A DNA stretch of 64,000 nt, taken from assembly GCA_963847075.1 (NCBI GenBank), contig CAWJYL010000002.1, forward strand, positions 663,504-727,503, in the 5' to 3' direction. Source of the stretch: an uncultured Acidobacteriota bacterium. Its GTDB lineage: Bacteria; Acidobacteriota; Thermoanaerobaculia; UBA5066; Gp7-AA6. Every line of letters starts with the position of its first letter. The stretch's first letter is position 1. The position numbers and the translations under genes are program-made. Shown here in pieces: positions 8,812 through 17,235 of the stretch. Below the pieces are notes generated by a model, which was given only the letters and a program-made list of their open reading frames with translations, made no database searches and was not told where the DNA came from.

Positions 8812-10047
8812 CTAGCCGCTCCGTCTGATCGCGTGCAACCCTGCAAGCGCGAGAGCCAGCCCGAGTACCACCAAGAGGTTCGTCGAAAGGGTAGGTACCA
8901 CCGCCTGCGATCCCGGCCCGGGCGTCGGCGTCGCCCCCGGCGGCGGTGTGGACGTGACGGTCGGAGTCGGTGTCCCCGTTGGTCCAACCGCCGGACCAAG
9001 GTCCGTCACGACGACGTCGTTGCCGGTGCCACCCAGGTAGGTGATCTGGTAGCTCCGCCCATTTTGAACGAACGTGGCACCCTCCGACAGCCCGGAGAAG
9101 GTCCCGGTGACCGCGCCGCCGCCCGTGTCGTTGACGATCGTGAACGCGTTGCCGGTGGAGGAGGTGAAACCCCAGGCAAGCACGAGCGTCGCTCCGCCCA
9201 GACTCACGCTGCCGGATGCATTCACCTGGCCGTAATTGCTGGCGCTGTACATGGCCATGAAGAGCGTCGAGGCCGACTGCAGCGTCAAATCCGTGACGTT
9301 GCCGATCTGGCTCGTACCACCGCCCTCGCATCCCACGGTCCCGCCGCTGGCGGTGACCGGACCCGTCGATGCGCCGTTGGCGAACTGGAGAAGACCGCCG
9401 CTCACGGTCACGGCGCTCGCCGAAGCCAGGCTGGAACCCGCCAGGACAAAGTCTCCGGCGGTAATGTCGGTCGGTCCCGTGTACGTGCACGACGCGACGA
9501 TGAACACGACCCCGAGACCGGAGGAGGTCACACCGCCGGTCCCCGAGATCACGCCGTTCTGATTGATGACGCTGCCGCCTGCCGAATTGAACGTCAGCGT
9601 GAAGGCTCCGAGACTTACACCGCCGGAAATGATGAGACGGTCGACCGCGCTGGGGATCGAGCAGGAAAACGTCTGCGACGCTGTGAGCGTGACTCCCAGC
9701 TGGATGGTGTCGGTGCCCGCAGTGTTGGTGGCGCTGATCCCCGCCACCAACTGAATGGCGTTCCCCGAGAGCGTGTAGCCGCCGCTCGAGCCCGTGAAGC
9801 TGATCGTGTTGAAGGACGTGTTCGCGGCGAGGTCATTGCTGGGGGACAGGCGAGGGGTCCCCCCGGGGAACACCAGGTCATCACCCGCGCTCGGCGCCGT
9901 TCCTCCCCAGTTGGCTGCCGTGCTCCAGTTGTCGTCCGCGCCGCCCCCCGTCCAAGTCCTGGTGGCGGCCTGGGCTGCCGTCGTCGGCACCAGGATTCCG
10001 AAGAACACCAACCCAAGAAACAGGCGAGTACGCCTCGGCACGCGCAT
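8812..10047 (-). CDS. secreted beta-helix protein with autotransporter-associated beta-strand repeats and an IPTL-CTERM-like C-terminal sorting tail
   Basis: A signal peptide is followed by TWTGGGADDNWSTAANWGG..P..D.L.F repeats and a Pro/Thr-rich linker. The tail ...VVPTLSTNLLVVLGLALALAGLHAIRRSG is a motif + TM + basic-tail arrangement. Confidence 0.7.
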   Translation of the reverse strand: MRVPRRTRLFLGLVFFGILVPTTAAQAATRTWTGGGADDNWSTAANWGGTAPSAGDDLVFPGGTPRLSPSNDLAANTSFNTISFTGSSGGYTLSGNAIQLVAGISATNTAGTDTIQLGVTLTASQTFSCSIPSAVDRLIISGGVSLGAFTLTFNSAGGSVINQNGVISGTGGVTSSGLGVVFIVASCTYTGPTDITAGDFVLAGSSLASASAVTVSGGLLQFANGASTGPVTASGGTVGCEGGGTSQIGNVTDLTLQSASTLFMAMYSASNYGQVNASGSVSLGGATLVLAWGFTSSTGNAFTIVNDTGGGAVTGTFSGLSEGATFVQNGRSYQITYLGGTGNDVVVTDLGPAVGPTGTPTPTVTSTPPPGATPTPGPGSQAVVPTLSTNLLVVLGLALALAGLHAIRRSG

Positions 10048-10103
10048 GACTGCCCTCCGGAGGGAGCAGAATCATCGGAAGCATAACATCCTCTCGGATC
10101 TCG

Positions 10104-10168
10104 CTCCCTGCACCGCCACCAAATTTCGCCAACCGTCGAGGCCCTTCCTGGCCGGCTGCCTGCGGCGC
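10104..10168 (+). repeat. att-like repeat B: copy of the tRNA-Met 3' end (16 nt) plus about 45 nt of downstream sequence
   Basis: ccctgcaccgccaccaaatttcgccaaccgtcgaggcccttcctggccggctgcctgcggcgc matches 1081-1145 at about 85% identity. Confidence 0.7.
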
Positions 10169-10307
10169 GCATCGCGCTTGGTGATCGGCGTACGATGCCC
10201 CGCACGCGCCAACCGGCGTAGGGTATCCGGCTCGGGCGCGGCGAAATCCTGACCTGCTTCGTGACCGCTCGGTGCCATGATATTGTCGATAAGTCTCGTG
10301 GAGGCGT

Positions 10308-12185
10308 ATGACGTCCTCGCGATGGCTAAGGCTCTCTCTCACGGTGCTCACGGCTGGAGTTTCAGCTTGGGTCAACGCTGCTACCGGCTACATCCAGATT
10401 AACCTGGTGTCCGACATTCCGCTCGTCGCGGCCCATACGGACTCCAACCTGGTAAATCCCTGGGGAATGGCGTCCAGCGCAACGTCCCCGATCTGGGTTT
10501 CCGACAACCGCACGGGCGTTGCTACTCTCTACAACGGCTCTGGCATCGCGCTCGGCCTCGTAGTCTCGATTCCGAAGCCCGGGGGCGGTGCTTCGCCGGG
10601 CGCGCCAACCGGGATCGTTTTCAACTCGACGAGCGACTTCTCTTCCGACCGCTTCATCTTCGCGACGGAAGACGGAACGATCGCCGGATGGAGTGGCGGA
10701 ACGACCGCATCCCTCGAGGTCGACGACTCGGGCTCCGGCGCGGTCTACAAGGGCATCGCCCTCGGCAACAACGGGACGGCCAACTTTCTCTATGCAACTG
10801 ACTTTCATAACGGCGCCATCAGCGTCTTCGACAAAAACTTCACGCCCGTAACGCTCAGCGGCAGCTTTACCGATCCAAATCTTCCCGCTGGTTTTGCTCC
10901 CTTTGGGATTCAGAACATCGGCGGCATCCTGATCGTGACGTACGCCAAGCAGGACGCCGCCAAGCACGACGACGTTCCGGGCGCCGGCAACGGTTATGTC
11001 GACGAGTTCGACATGAACGGTAATTTTCTGAAGCGTCTCATCTCCGCCGGGGTGTTGAACTCACCATGGGGACTGGCGAAGGCGCCGGCTGGCTTCGGCG
11101 ACTTGAGCGGGGATCTGCTCGTCGGGAATTTCGGCGACGGCAGGATCAACACCTTCGACCCCTCGACGGGAGCGTTCCTCGATACTCTGAACGACAGTTT
11201 GGGAAATCCGATTGTCGTGCAAGGTCTCTGGGGCCTGCTGTTTGGTAACGGCGGTAACGGCGGCGCGCAGACCGAGTGTTTCTTCTCCGCCGGTATCCCT
11301 GGCTCCGGTAGCGTCGAGGACCACGGACTTTTCGGCAAATTCGCGCCGCGGATTCCAGATCTGACGATTGCGAAGACTCATTCGGGCGATTTCGCTCAGG
11401 GCCAGGTCGTGGTGACGTACTCCCTCGAGGTCACCAATAACGGCGGCGTGCCGACTTCCGGCACGATCACGGTCGTCGACACCTTGCCCGCGGGACTGAG
11501 CGCCACAGCCATGACAGGCTCCGGCTGGTCGTGCAATGTGGGAACGCTGACCTGCACCCGGTCGGACGCGCTCGGCGTCGGAGCGAGCTATCCCCCGATC
11601 ACGCTCACCGTCAACGTCGACCCGCAGGCCCCCGCGAACCTGACCAACACGGCGACGGTCAGCGGCGGAGGCGAAACCTTCACCACCAACGACACGGCCA
11701 CGGACCTGACCGCAGTGACACCGCCGATTCCCGACCTGACGATCGCGAAGACGCATTCGGGCGATTTGGCTCGGGGCCAGGTCGGGGCGTACTCCCTCGT
11801 CGTCACCAACAACGGTGCCTTGCCGAGTTCCGGCACAGTCACGGTCGTCGACATCTTGCCCGCGGGCTTGACCGCCACAGCGATGGCGGGCGCCGGCTGG
11901 TCGTGCAACGTGGGAACGCTGACCTGCACCCGGTCGGACGCGCTCGGCGTCGGAGCGAGCTATCCCCCGATCACGCTCACCGTCAACGTCGACCCGCAGG
12001 CCCCCGCGAGCCTGACCAACACGGCGACGGTCAGCGGCGGAGGCCAAACCTACACCGCCAACGACACCGCCGACGATCCGACGAGCGTGCTTACCTCCCT
12101 CCCGATCCCGACACTGCAACGGCCTCTTCTTGTTCTCTTGGGAATGCTCCTGGCGGCGACGGGCATCATCTTGCTTCGCCGCTGA
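10308..12185 (+). CDS. secreted DUF11 (conserved repeat domain) protein with an IPTL-CTERM-like tail
   Basis: It has a signal peptide, two 125-aa DUF11 repeats (LP.GL..TAM.G.GWSCNVGTLTCTRSD), and a C-terminal LPIPTLQRPLLVLLGMLLAATGIILLRR. Confidence 0.8.
   Translation: MTSSRWLRLSLTVLTAGVSAWVNAATGYIQINLVSDIPLVAAHTDSNLVNPWGMASSATSPIWVSDNRTGVATLYNGSGIALGLVVSIPKPGGGASPGAPTGIVFNSTSDFSSDRFIFATEDGTIAGWSGGTTASLEVDDSGSGAVYKGIALGNNGTANFLYATDFHNGAISVFDKNFTPVTLSGSFTDPNLPAGFAPFGIQNIGGILIVTYAKQDAAKHDDVPGAGNGYVDEFDMNGNFLKRLISAGVLNSPWGLAKAPAGFGDLSGDLLVGNFGDGRINTFDPSTGAFLDTLNDSLGNPIVVQGLWGLLFGNGGNGGAQTECFFSAGIPGSGSVEDHGLFGKFAPRIPDLTIAKTHSGDFAQGQVVVTYSLEVTNNGGVPTSGTITVVDTLPAGLSATAMTGSGWSCNVGTLTCTRSDALGVGASYPPITLTVNVDPQAPANLTNTATVSGGGETFTTNDTATDLTAVTPPIPDLTIAKTHSGDLARGQVGAYSLVVTNNGALPSSGTVTVVDILPAGLTATAMAGAGWSCNVGTLTCTRSDALGVGASYPPITLTVNVDPQAPASLTNTATVSGGGQTYTANDTADDPTSVLTSLPIPTLQRPLLVLLGMLLAATGIILLRR
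11351..12100 (+). repeat. intragenic tandem duplication, 2 x 375 bp (DUF11 modules)
   Basis: The two copies are about 90% identical overall, with a stretch of about 110 nt that is 100% identical. Confidence 0.85.
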
Positions 12186-12197
12186 GCTGCTGGACCG

Positions 12198-12310
12198 GCT
12201 GGCCGGCTGCCTGAGCTCTTGGGACGTCGCGAGATCTGATCGCCCAGAGCTGTCCGTCCCGAATCACTTCCGACCGGCGACGAGCCCTTGAAACCTCGGG
12301 TTCTTTGCGC
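12198..12310 (+). repeat. att-like repeat D: copy of the distal part of unit A (1125-1262)
   Basis: ggccggctgcctg...gtcgcgagatctgatcgccc...atcacttccgaccggcgacgagcccttgaaacctcgggttctttgc. Confidence 0.65.
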
Positions 12311-12361
12311 AGCGGGCCGAAGGGTCGATCTCGAGCCAGCCGGGCGAGAGGCAGTACGGGA

Positions 12362-12610
12362 TCAGCGAGCCGCGATCGGCCGCCCGCGCCAGGATGGGCT
12401 TCCCCACTCCGCGGCCTCGAGACGTTCCCATCTGCCATCCTGGTACCGCGAGACTTCGACGATCGAGCCGGGGGCGGGTCGTACGGCTTCGCACCGTGGG
12501 CACCGGAACTTGTACTTGCTGATGCCCCGGTTTGAGACAGAGTTCCACTGGACGCGGAGGGCGGTGCCGCAGACGCATTTCACGTCGGTGAGACGAATCC
12601 CCTGTTTCAA
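12362..12610 (-). CDS. possible small zinc-ribbon protein (TTG start)
   Basis: It contains C-x-C ... CPRC, with GGAGG just upstream of the TTG. It overlaps an alternative frame; support is weak. Confidence 0.25.
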   Translation of the reverse strand: MKQGIRLTDVKCVCGTALRVQWNSVSNRGISKYKFRCPRCEAVRPAPGSIVEVSRYQDGRWERLEAAEWGSPSWRGRPIAAR

Positions 12611-12721
12611 GAGCCTCCATTATACCTGTCCTTCGGTACAGGTAGGAAGGGCCTGTCGGCTCAATCGGGTCCGGCTGTCGGCGGCCCAGGCGGAGGCGAC
12701 GAGGTTAGCCCCCCCGGCGCG

Positions 12722-12813
12722 GGGGCCTTCAAATTCCTGCACCGTCACCACATTTCGACCAACTGAGGCCTTCGAGGGCCTGATGTGTGCCCGAAACCCC
12801 CGACTGTCCGCGG
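12722..12813 (+). repeat. att-like repeat C: copy of the tRNA-Met T-arm and acceptor 3' half plus downstream sequence
   Basis: gggggccttcaaattcctgcaccgtcaccacatttcgaccaac... corresponds to 1068-1160. Confidence 0.7.
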
Positions 12814-12885
12814 ACCGGTTTCGTCCGACGTTCTCACCGATCCGCCATTGAGGGTCGCACTCTTGAGAGGTCTATCGGCAGGCGC

Positions 12886-15390
12886 TCATTTCAGCCCCGT
12901 TACCAGAAACAGGTCATCCAGGGTGCGGCGGTATGAGTAGACGTAGGACTTGCCGTCCGGCGCAATGAGAATCGGGCCGACCGCAAGAACGCCGGCCGGA
13001 TCGGGCGGGACGATCTCTTTCCAGAACCGGCGCGCACCCGTGGCGGCGTCGCAGATCTCGACGCGCGCCGGCATCGCGATCCGGCCGACATAGAGCGAGC
13101 GGCTGTCCGCCGTCCAACCCCACGCGATCTCGCCCGAGGAGGCTCCCGGAAGCGGCCGCGGCGGCCCGCCTTCGATCACGCAGATGCTGATCTTGCGATC
13201 CGGATCCGTTGCTGCGACCATGCGGCCATCGGGGCTGATCGCCCGCCCGCCGAATGCGACGCCGTATCCCTCGGGTGTGATGGGTTGGGGCTTGCCCCCG
13301 TCGATTTCTTGAACGTAGAGCCGGCTTCTCTTGCCCGGCTCGCTCGCCCAGAGCAGAAGCCGCTTTCCATCGGGAAAGAAATACGCCCACTGGTAGAGAA
13401 GGCCGGTTTTCGCGAGCGGCTTCGGGCTGCCGGCCCCCGTCGGCACCAGGACGAGCTGCTCCGCATCGAGCCGCTGCGTCAGTGCCCAGCGGCCGTCGGG
13501 CGAGAGCGAATACCCCTTGGATTGCGCGAGCAGGACCGCGGGCGAGCCGTCGGTCTTGCGCAGGTAACAGAGATAGTTCTGCCGACCGCCGCTTTGCTCG
13601 TCGAAGAGCAGCGTGCGCCCGTCGTCGGACATGTCGTCGGGAAAGGACCAGTCGAGCCAGGTCAAGTTGCGCTCTCGGGGCTGGCCCTCCACGACACCGA
13701 CGATCTCGCGGCGATAGTTCGTCCGCTTCGCCAGCAGTCTTCCATCCGGGGCGATGTCCTCGGGTATGAAGCCGCCGGCGAGCGCGATCGAGGGACGCGC
13801 CTTGCCCGAAGAGGAGACGCGCTGCAGGACGCCTCCGCCCCCCATCACGACGTCGCCTCGCGGCGACCACGCAAATCCAGCGGTCCCGCCCACCATTGGC
13901 CCCTCCACCCGTGTGTGACGGACCACGTCGAAGATGACCAGGCGGCCGGCGTTGTCTCCCCTCTCGGGGTGGTCCCACACGGCGATGAACCGGCCGTCGG
14001 CCGAAACGCGCGGGTTGCTGAGCCAACCCGACGCCTCCGCGATCACCGTGCCGATCGGGTACTCCAGGCGCGGGCGATCGCCGATCCGGTGAATCGCCGC
14101 GAGCTCCTTGCCGTCGGGAGACCAGTCGGCACCTTCGACGTTCTCGAGCACCTCGCGCGGAGCTCCGCCGGCCACCGGAACGCGCGCCAGAAGGCCGGTG
14201 GACTCCCAGCCGATCAATGGATGCCAGCCGAGCGAAATCGCCAGCTCGCCCTGGCGCGACACGGAGAGCAGATTGGCCGGCGGAAGGCCGAGGGATTTCG
14301 ACTCCGGGCTCTCCGGCCGAGCCGTGAAGATTTCCGTTGGGCTTCCGTCCCATGCCGCGCCGTAGACCACCGCAACTCCGTCCGGGGCAAAGCGCGCCGT
14401 GACGACCGCGCCCCGGCGGAAGGTGAGCCTCTGAAAGATCGGCGGGGGCGGCTCGAAGAGCCGGAGGCTCTTTCCGACGACGAGCGCAACGACTGCTCCC
14501 GCGAAGAAGGCGAGAGCGGCCGGGAAAAGCCATCCGCGGCGGCGGGCCTTGGCGGGCCCGGCGACTTCGAGGGCGCCCGAGGCTGAGGTCTCGGTCAGGT
14601 GGTCGCGCACGCTCTTCAGCTCGCGTGCAAGGTCCTTGGACGAGGCGTAGCGTTCCTCCGGGTCCTTGGCGAGGCACCGCTCGACGATCCATCGCACGGG
14701 GGGCGGGGCCCTCGGAGCGAGCTGCGCCAACGGCTCGGGCTCCTCCCGGATGATCGCGACGAGCGTCTCGGCTCCCGACTTTCTCTGGAACGCGCGCTTG
14801 CCCGTGGCCATCTCGTAGAGGATCGCGCCCAGGGTGAACTGGTCCGACCGGAAATCCACGGGTTGGCCGCTCGCCTGCTCGGGTGACATGTAGCCGGCCG
14901 TGCCCATCACGGTGCCGGGCTGCGTCGGAGCGGCGATCGCCGTCGGCAGCACGGACGAATCCAGCGAGACGGGCTCGGTCAGCTTTGCCAGCCCGAAGTC
15001 GAGGATCTTGACGAAGCCGTCTTTGGAGACCATCAGGTTCTCGGGTTTCAGGTCCCGGTGGACGATTCCCGTGCCGTGCGCCTTGGCCAGCCCCTCTGCC
15101 GTCTGGACGGCAATGTCGAGAAGCCTTTTCGTCGGCAGCGGTTCGCCCGAGGCGAGGAGCTCGCGCAGTGTCTTGCCCTCGACGAGCTCCATGGCGATGT
15201 AGAGGGAGCCCTCGGCGTCGCCGATGTCGTAGATCGTCAGGATGTTCGGGTGGTTCAACGCCGAGGCGGAGCGCGCCTCCTGCTCGAAGCGTTGGCGGCG
15301 CTCGGGGTCCGACGACGTCTCCGCGGGCAGAACCTTGATCGCGATCTCGCGCCCGAGCTTCGCGTCCCGCGCCCGGTACACCTCTCCCAT
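12886..15390 (-). CDS. Ser/Thr protein kinase with TolB-like beta-propeller C-terminus (K2, paralog of K1)
   Basis: It begins MGEVYRARDAKLGREIAIKVLP and carries HRDLKPENLMV and DFGLAKL, then SPDG-containing repeats. An in-frame TAG at 15478-15480 lies 30 codons upstream, with no ATG, GTG or TTG in between. Confidence 0.85.
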   Translation of the reverse strand: MGEVYRARDAKLGREIAIKVLPAETSSDPERRQRFEQEARSASALNHPNILTIYDIGDAEGSLYIAMELVEGKTLRELLASGEPLPTKRLLDIAVQTAEGLAKAHGTGIVHRDLKPENLMVSKDGFVKILDFGLAKLTEPVSLDSSVLPTAIAAPTQPGTVMGTAGYMSPEQASGQPVDFRSDQFTLGAILYEMATGKRAFQRKSGAETLVAIIREEPEPLAQLAPRAPPPVRWIVERCLAKDPEERYASSKDLARELKSVRDHLTETSASGALEVAGPAKARRRGWLFPAALAFFAGAVVALVVGKSLRLFEPPPPIFQRLTFRRGAVVTARFAPDGVAVVYGAAWDGSPTEIFTARPESPESKSLGLPPANLLSVSRQGELAISLGWHPLIGWESTGLLARVPVAGGAPREVLENVEGADWSPDGKELAAIHRIGDRPRLEYPIGTVIAEASGWLSNPRVSADGRFIAVWDHPERGDNAGRLVIFDVVRHTRVEGPMVGGTAGFAWSPRGDVVMGGGGVLQRVSSSGKARPSIALAGGFIPEDIAPDGRLLAKRTNYRREIVGVVEGQPRERNLTWLDWSFPDDMSDDGRTLLFDEQSGGRQNYLCYLRKTDGSPAVLLAQSKGYSLSPDGRWALTQRLDAEQLVLVPTGAGSPKPLAKTGLLYQWAYFFPDGKRLLLWASEPGKRSRLYVQEIDGGKPQPITPEGYGVAFGGRAISPDGRMVAATDPDRKISICVIEGGPPRPLPGASSGEIAWGWTADSRSLYVGRIAMPARVEICDAATGARRFWKEIVPPDPAGVLAVGPILIAPDGKSYVYSYRRTLDDLFLVTGLK

Positions 15391-15691
15391 CCCACCCGCG
15401 CCGAGCGGCGCGAGGATCTCGTAGGGGCCGAGACGCGAGCCGGCTGGGAGTGCTATCGGATCACCACTGCGCGGATTCTATGCTGTGAGCGGGCGCGCCC
15501 TTTGACTCAGCGCCAAACGGTCAGCGCGATTTGTCGGTGCCTCCTGGCGAGCATTCGAGCGCGATGTCGGCACAGAGTTGAAATCCGGTTTCGCAGGCGC
15601 TGGACTAACGGCACGGCGCCCACCAAGTCTCCCTCACGAGAAATTCTCCGGCGAGTGCACCCGGAGTCCGCTTCCGTCTCCCCGCCTGGGC

Positions 15692-15952
15692 CTACGCCAT
15701 CTGGCCTCCGGTCGGCTTGCGAACGCGTGCGAACCGAAGAGCCCAGCGCAGAACATGCGTCGTGGCGATGAGCAAGAGCGATCCACCGGCCACTCCGACC
15801 GGCACCAGCCACCAGCCCAGGACGTCCCGCGCTCCGGGGTTGCCTGTCACGCCGATCACGAAGGAAGTGTTCGGGCCAACCCACGCGCCAATACCGGTCA
15901 GCCCGCGCGATTTGTTGACCCGATATGCGCGGACAGGGCGAGGTCCGGCCAA
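15692..15952 (-). pseudogene. remnant of an FtsX/ADOP-type permease C-terminus
   Basis: The 86-aa ORF shows ...GARDVL...GVAGGSLLLIAT... resembling the FtsX C-terminal domain of the intact permease at 20022-22506. It has no N-terminal part and is isolated in a 650-bp gap. Confidence 0.35.
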
Positions 15953-15960
15953 TTAAGGGT

Positions 15961-16007
15961 CAGCAGAAAAGGAAAAGGCGCTGGAGACCCAAGTTTCCGA
16001 GCGCCTT
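15961..16007 (-). terminator. Rho-independent terminator downstream of the 16144-16449 gene
   Basis: The stem aaggcgct / agcgcctt is followed on the minus strand by TTTTCCTTTTCTG. Confidence 0.45.
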
Positions 16008-16143
16008 AGTGCCGGACGGTTTCGGCGCGTGAGGCGACCCGTGAGGCCACGACGGAGAGATCACGAATGCAGGGCTGACCCCGAACTCCAATTACGAGAG
16101 TTGCCCGGATCCGGCCCGCGATTTTGATCTGAGCGGCGATCCC

Positions 16144-16449
16144 CTAGGCCCACTTCTTCCCGAGCGCCTCGAGGCCCGCGCGGCCGAGGTCCTCGGGCGT
16201 CATCGCGATCCGAAACTCGACTTCCGCATCGAACGTCAGGAACCACGGTTCCGCGAAGAACGGAATCTTCGAGGAATTGTCCACGTCGACGACCATGACG
16301 CCGCCGCGGTGGCCGTCCAACTCGGCAAAATGCACGGATTCCGGCTTCGTCTCGTCGAGGATCCGTCGCATCTTCTTTTCCACGCTGCCGTCCCGGACGG
16401 CGGCGTTGAACTTCTCGAGCGGAAACTTCACGAACATCAACATCTTCAT
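16144..16449 (-). CDS. small hypothetical protein (about 100 aa)
   Basis: It starts MKMLMFVKFPLEKF, with GGAGGAG 6 nt upstream of the ATG. The N-terminal stretch is locally lower in GC. The longer ORF-track version (from 16602) adds a Pro/Arg-rich leader that is probably not translated. Confidence 0.5.
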   Translation of the reverse strand: MKMLMFVKFPLEKFNAAVRDGSVEKKMRRILDETKPESVHFAELDGHRGGVMVVDVDNSSKIPFFAEPWFLTFDAEVEFRIAMTPEDLGRAGLEALGKKWA

Positions 16450-16620
16450 GAGACTCTCCTCCAAGTTGCCGGCGCTCCCTATGAACGCCTCGTGCACGAT
16501 ATGCCCGGGCGCTCCGGGCAAGCAAGCGACGGGCGGCACTGCCCTCGGAACGGCGTCGAGGCGAGCTCTGCTTTCCGCACGGGGCTCCGGCGAAACCGGC
16601 AAATCCAGAATGACCCCGAT

Positions 16621-17235
16621 TCAGGGCACCCTGATATTCGCTCGTGCGTGTGCCGTGATCTCCGACGTGGCTCGTTCTGCCGATGCGCTGCTCGGGAGGA
16701 TCTCGCCGTAGATGATCATGAGTTCCCGGCGTTTGGTGGCGTCCGGAAGATGGAAGAGGCGAAGTGTCACGAAAGCGCCATCGAGCTTGAAGCCCTTGGC
16801 GCGGAGGAAGTCCGCGGCGGCTTTGGAGTCGGAGCCGGGAGGATCGTCCGTGGTGAAGTAATCCGGGCTCACCCTGACATCGCCCATGAACGCGAGGCGC
16901 CCGATCGCCACGGGCTTCTGTGCGATTCCCGAATAGTCGTAGGTATCCGTGTTGCTCGGGTAATAGTGCTCGAACTGGATCCAATAGAAGCGACGGATCG
17001 ACCGATCGGCCCCGGCGTCGAGGAAGAAATATTGCTCTGCGGCCGCGACCTTGAAGATGTCGATGGACTGCCCGCCAGCGTAACGAAATGCCTCGTCGAG
17101 CACGAACGAAGCGGCGGGGTTGGCCGTTGAAATCAAGGTACCGCCGTTGACTTCGCGCAGCGGTGCGGCTTGCGAGACAGGAGTGGACGACGCCAGCATG
17201 ACCAGCACAACCGTGAGGCGAAGACGCATGGGCAC
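16621..17235 (-). CDS. secreted hypothetical protein
   Basis: Its N-terminal signal peptide is MRLRLTVVLVMLASSTPVSQAAP. Confidence 0.5.
   Translation of the reverse strand: MPMRLRLTVVLVMLASSTPVSQAAPLREVNGGTLISTANPAASFVLDEAFRYAGGQSIDIFKVAAAEQYFFLDAGADRSIRRFYWIQFEHYYPSNTDTYDYSGIAQKPVAIGRLAFMGDVRVSPDYFTTDDPPGSDSKAAADFLRAKGFKLDGAFVTLRLFHLPDATKRRELMIIYGEILPSSASAERATSEITAHARANIRVP

Larger units (their letters stand above)
1097..10103. mobile_element. putative tRNA-Met-associated genomic island (integrase-less; bounded by the tRNA 3'-end direct repeat)
   Basis: It lies between tRNA-Met and repeat B, the tRNA 3'-end copy. Its cargo is accessory-type: GT2, AlkP-like, a Ser/Thr kinase, a lower-GC SMP-30-like gene, and a secreted beta-helix protein. 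No recombinase is present, so it may be an old or decayed insertion. Confidence 0.4.

Noticed and set aside
8656-10086. 476-aa + ORF and overlapping minus ORFs 8661-8999 and 8696-9490
   Set aside because: They are alternative frames of the beta-helix gene with Arg-rich junk composition.
8812-12185. PEP-CTERM or Gram-positive LPXTG interpretation of the C-terminal tails
   Set aside because: No PEP motif is present. LPIPT resembles LPxTG only superficially, and the organism has Gram-negative-type OM porins. An IPTL-like tail is the better fit, but it remains unverified.
12611-12625. Perfect TATAAT (on the minus strand) upstream of the small zinc-ribbon ORF, and another at 45923-45928
   Set aside because: Isolated -10 hexamers without a matching -35 or TSS evidence are noted but not called as promoters.
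12914-14692. 592-aa minus ORF and 433-aa plus ORF 13285-14586 overlapping kinase K2
   Set aside because: They are alternate or antisense frames of K2 with low-complexity Arg/Gly/Pro composition and no domains.
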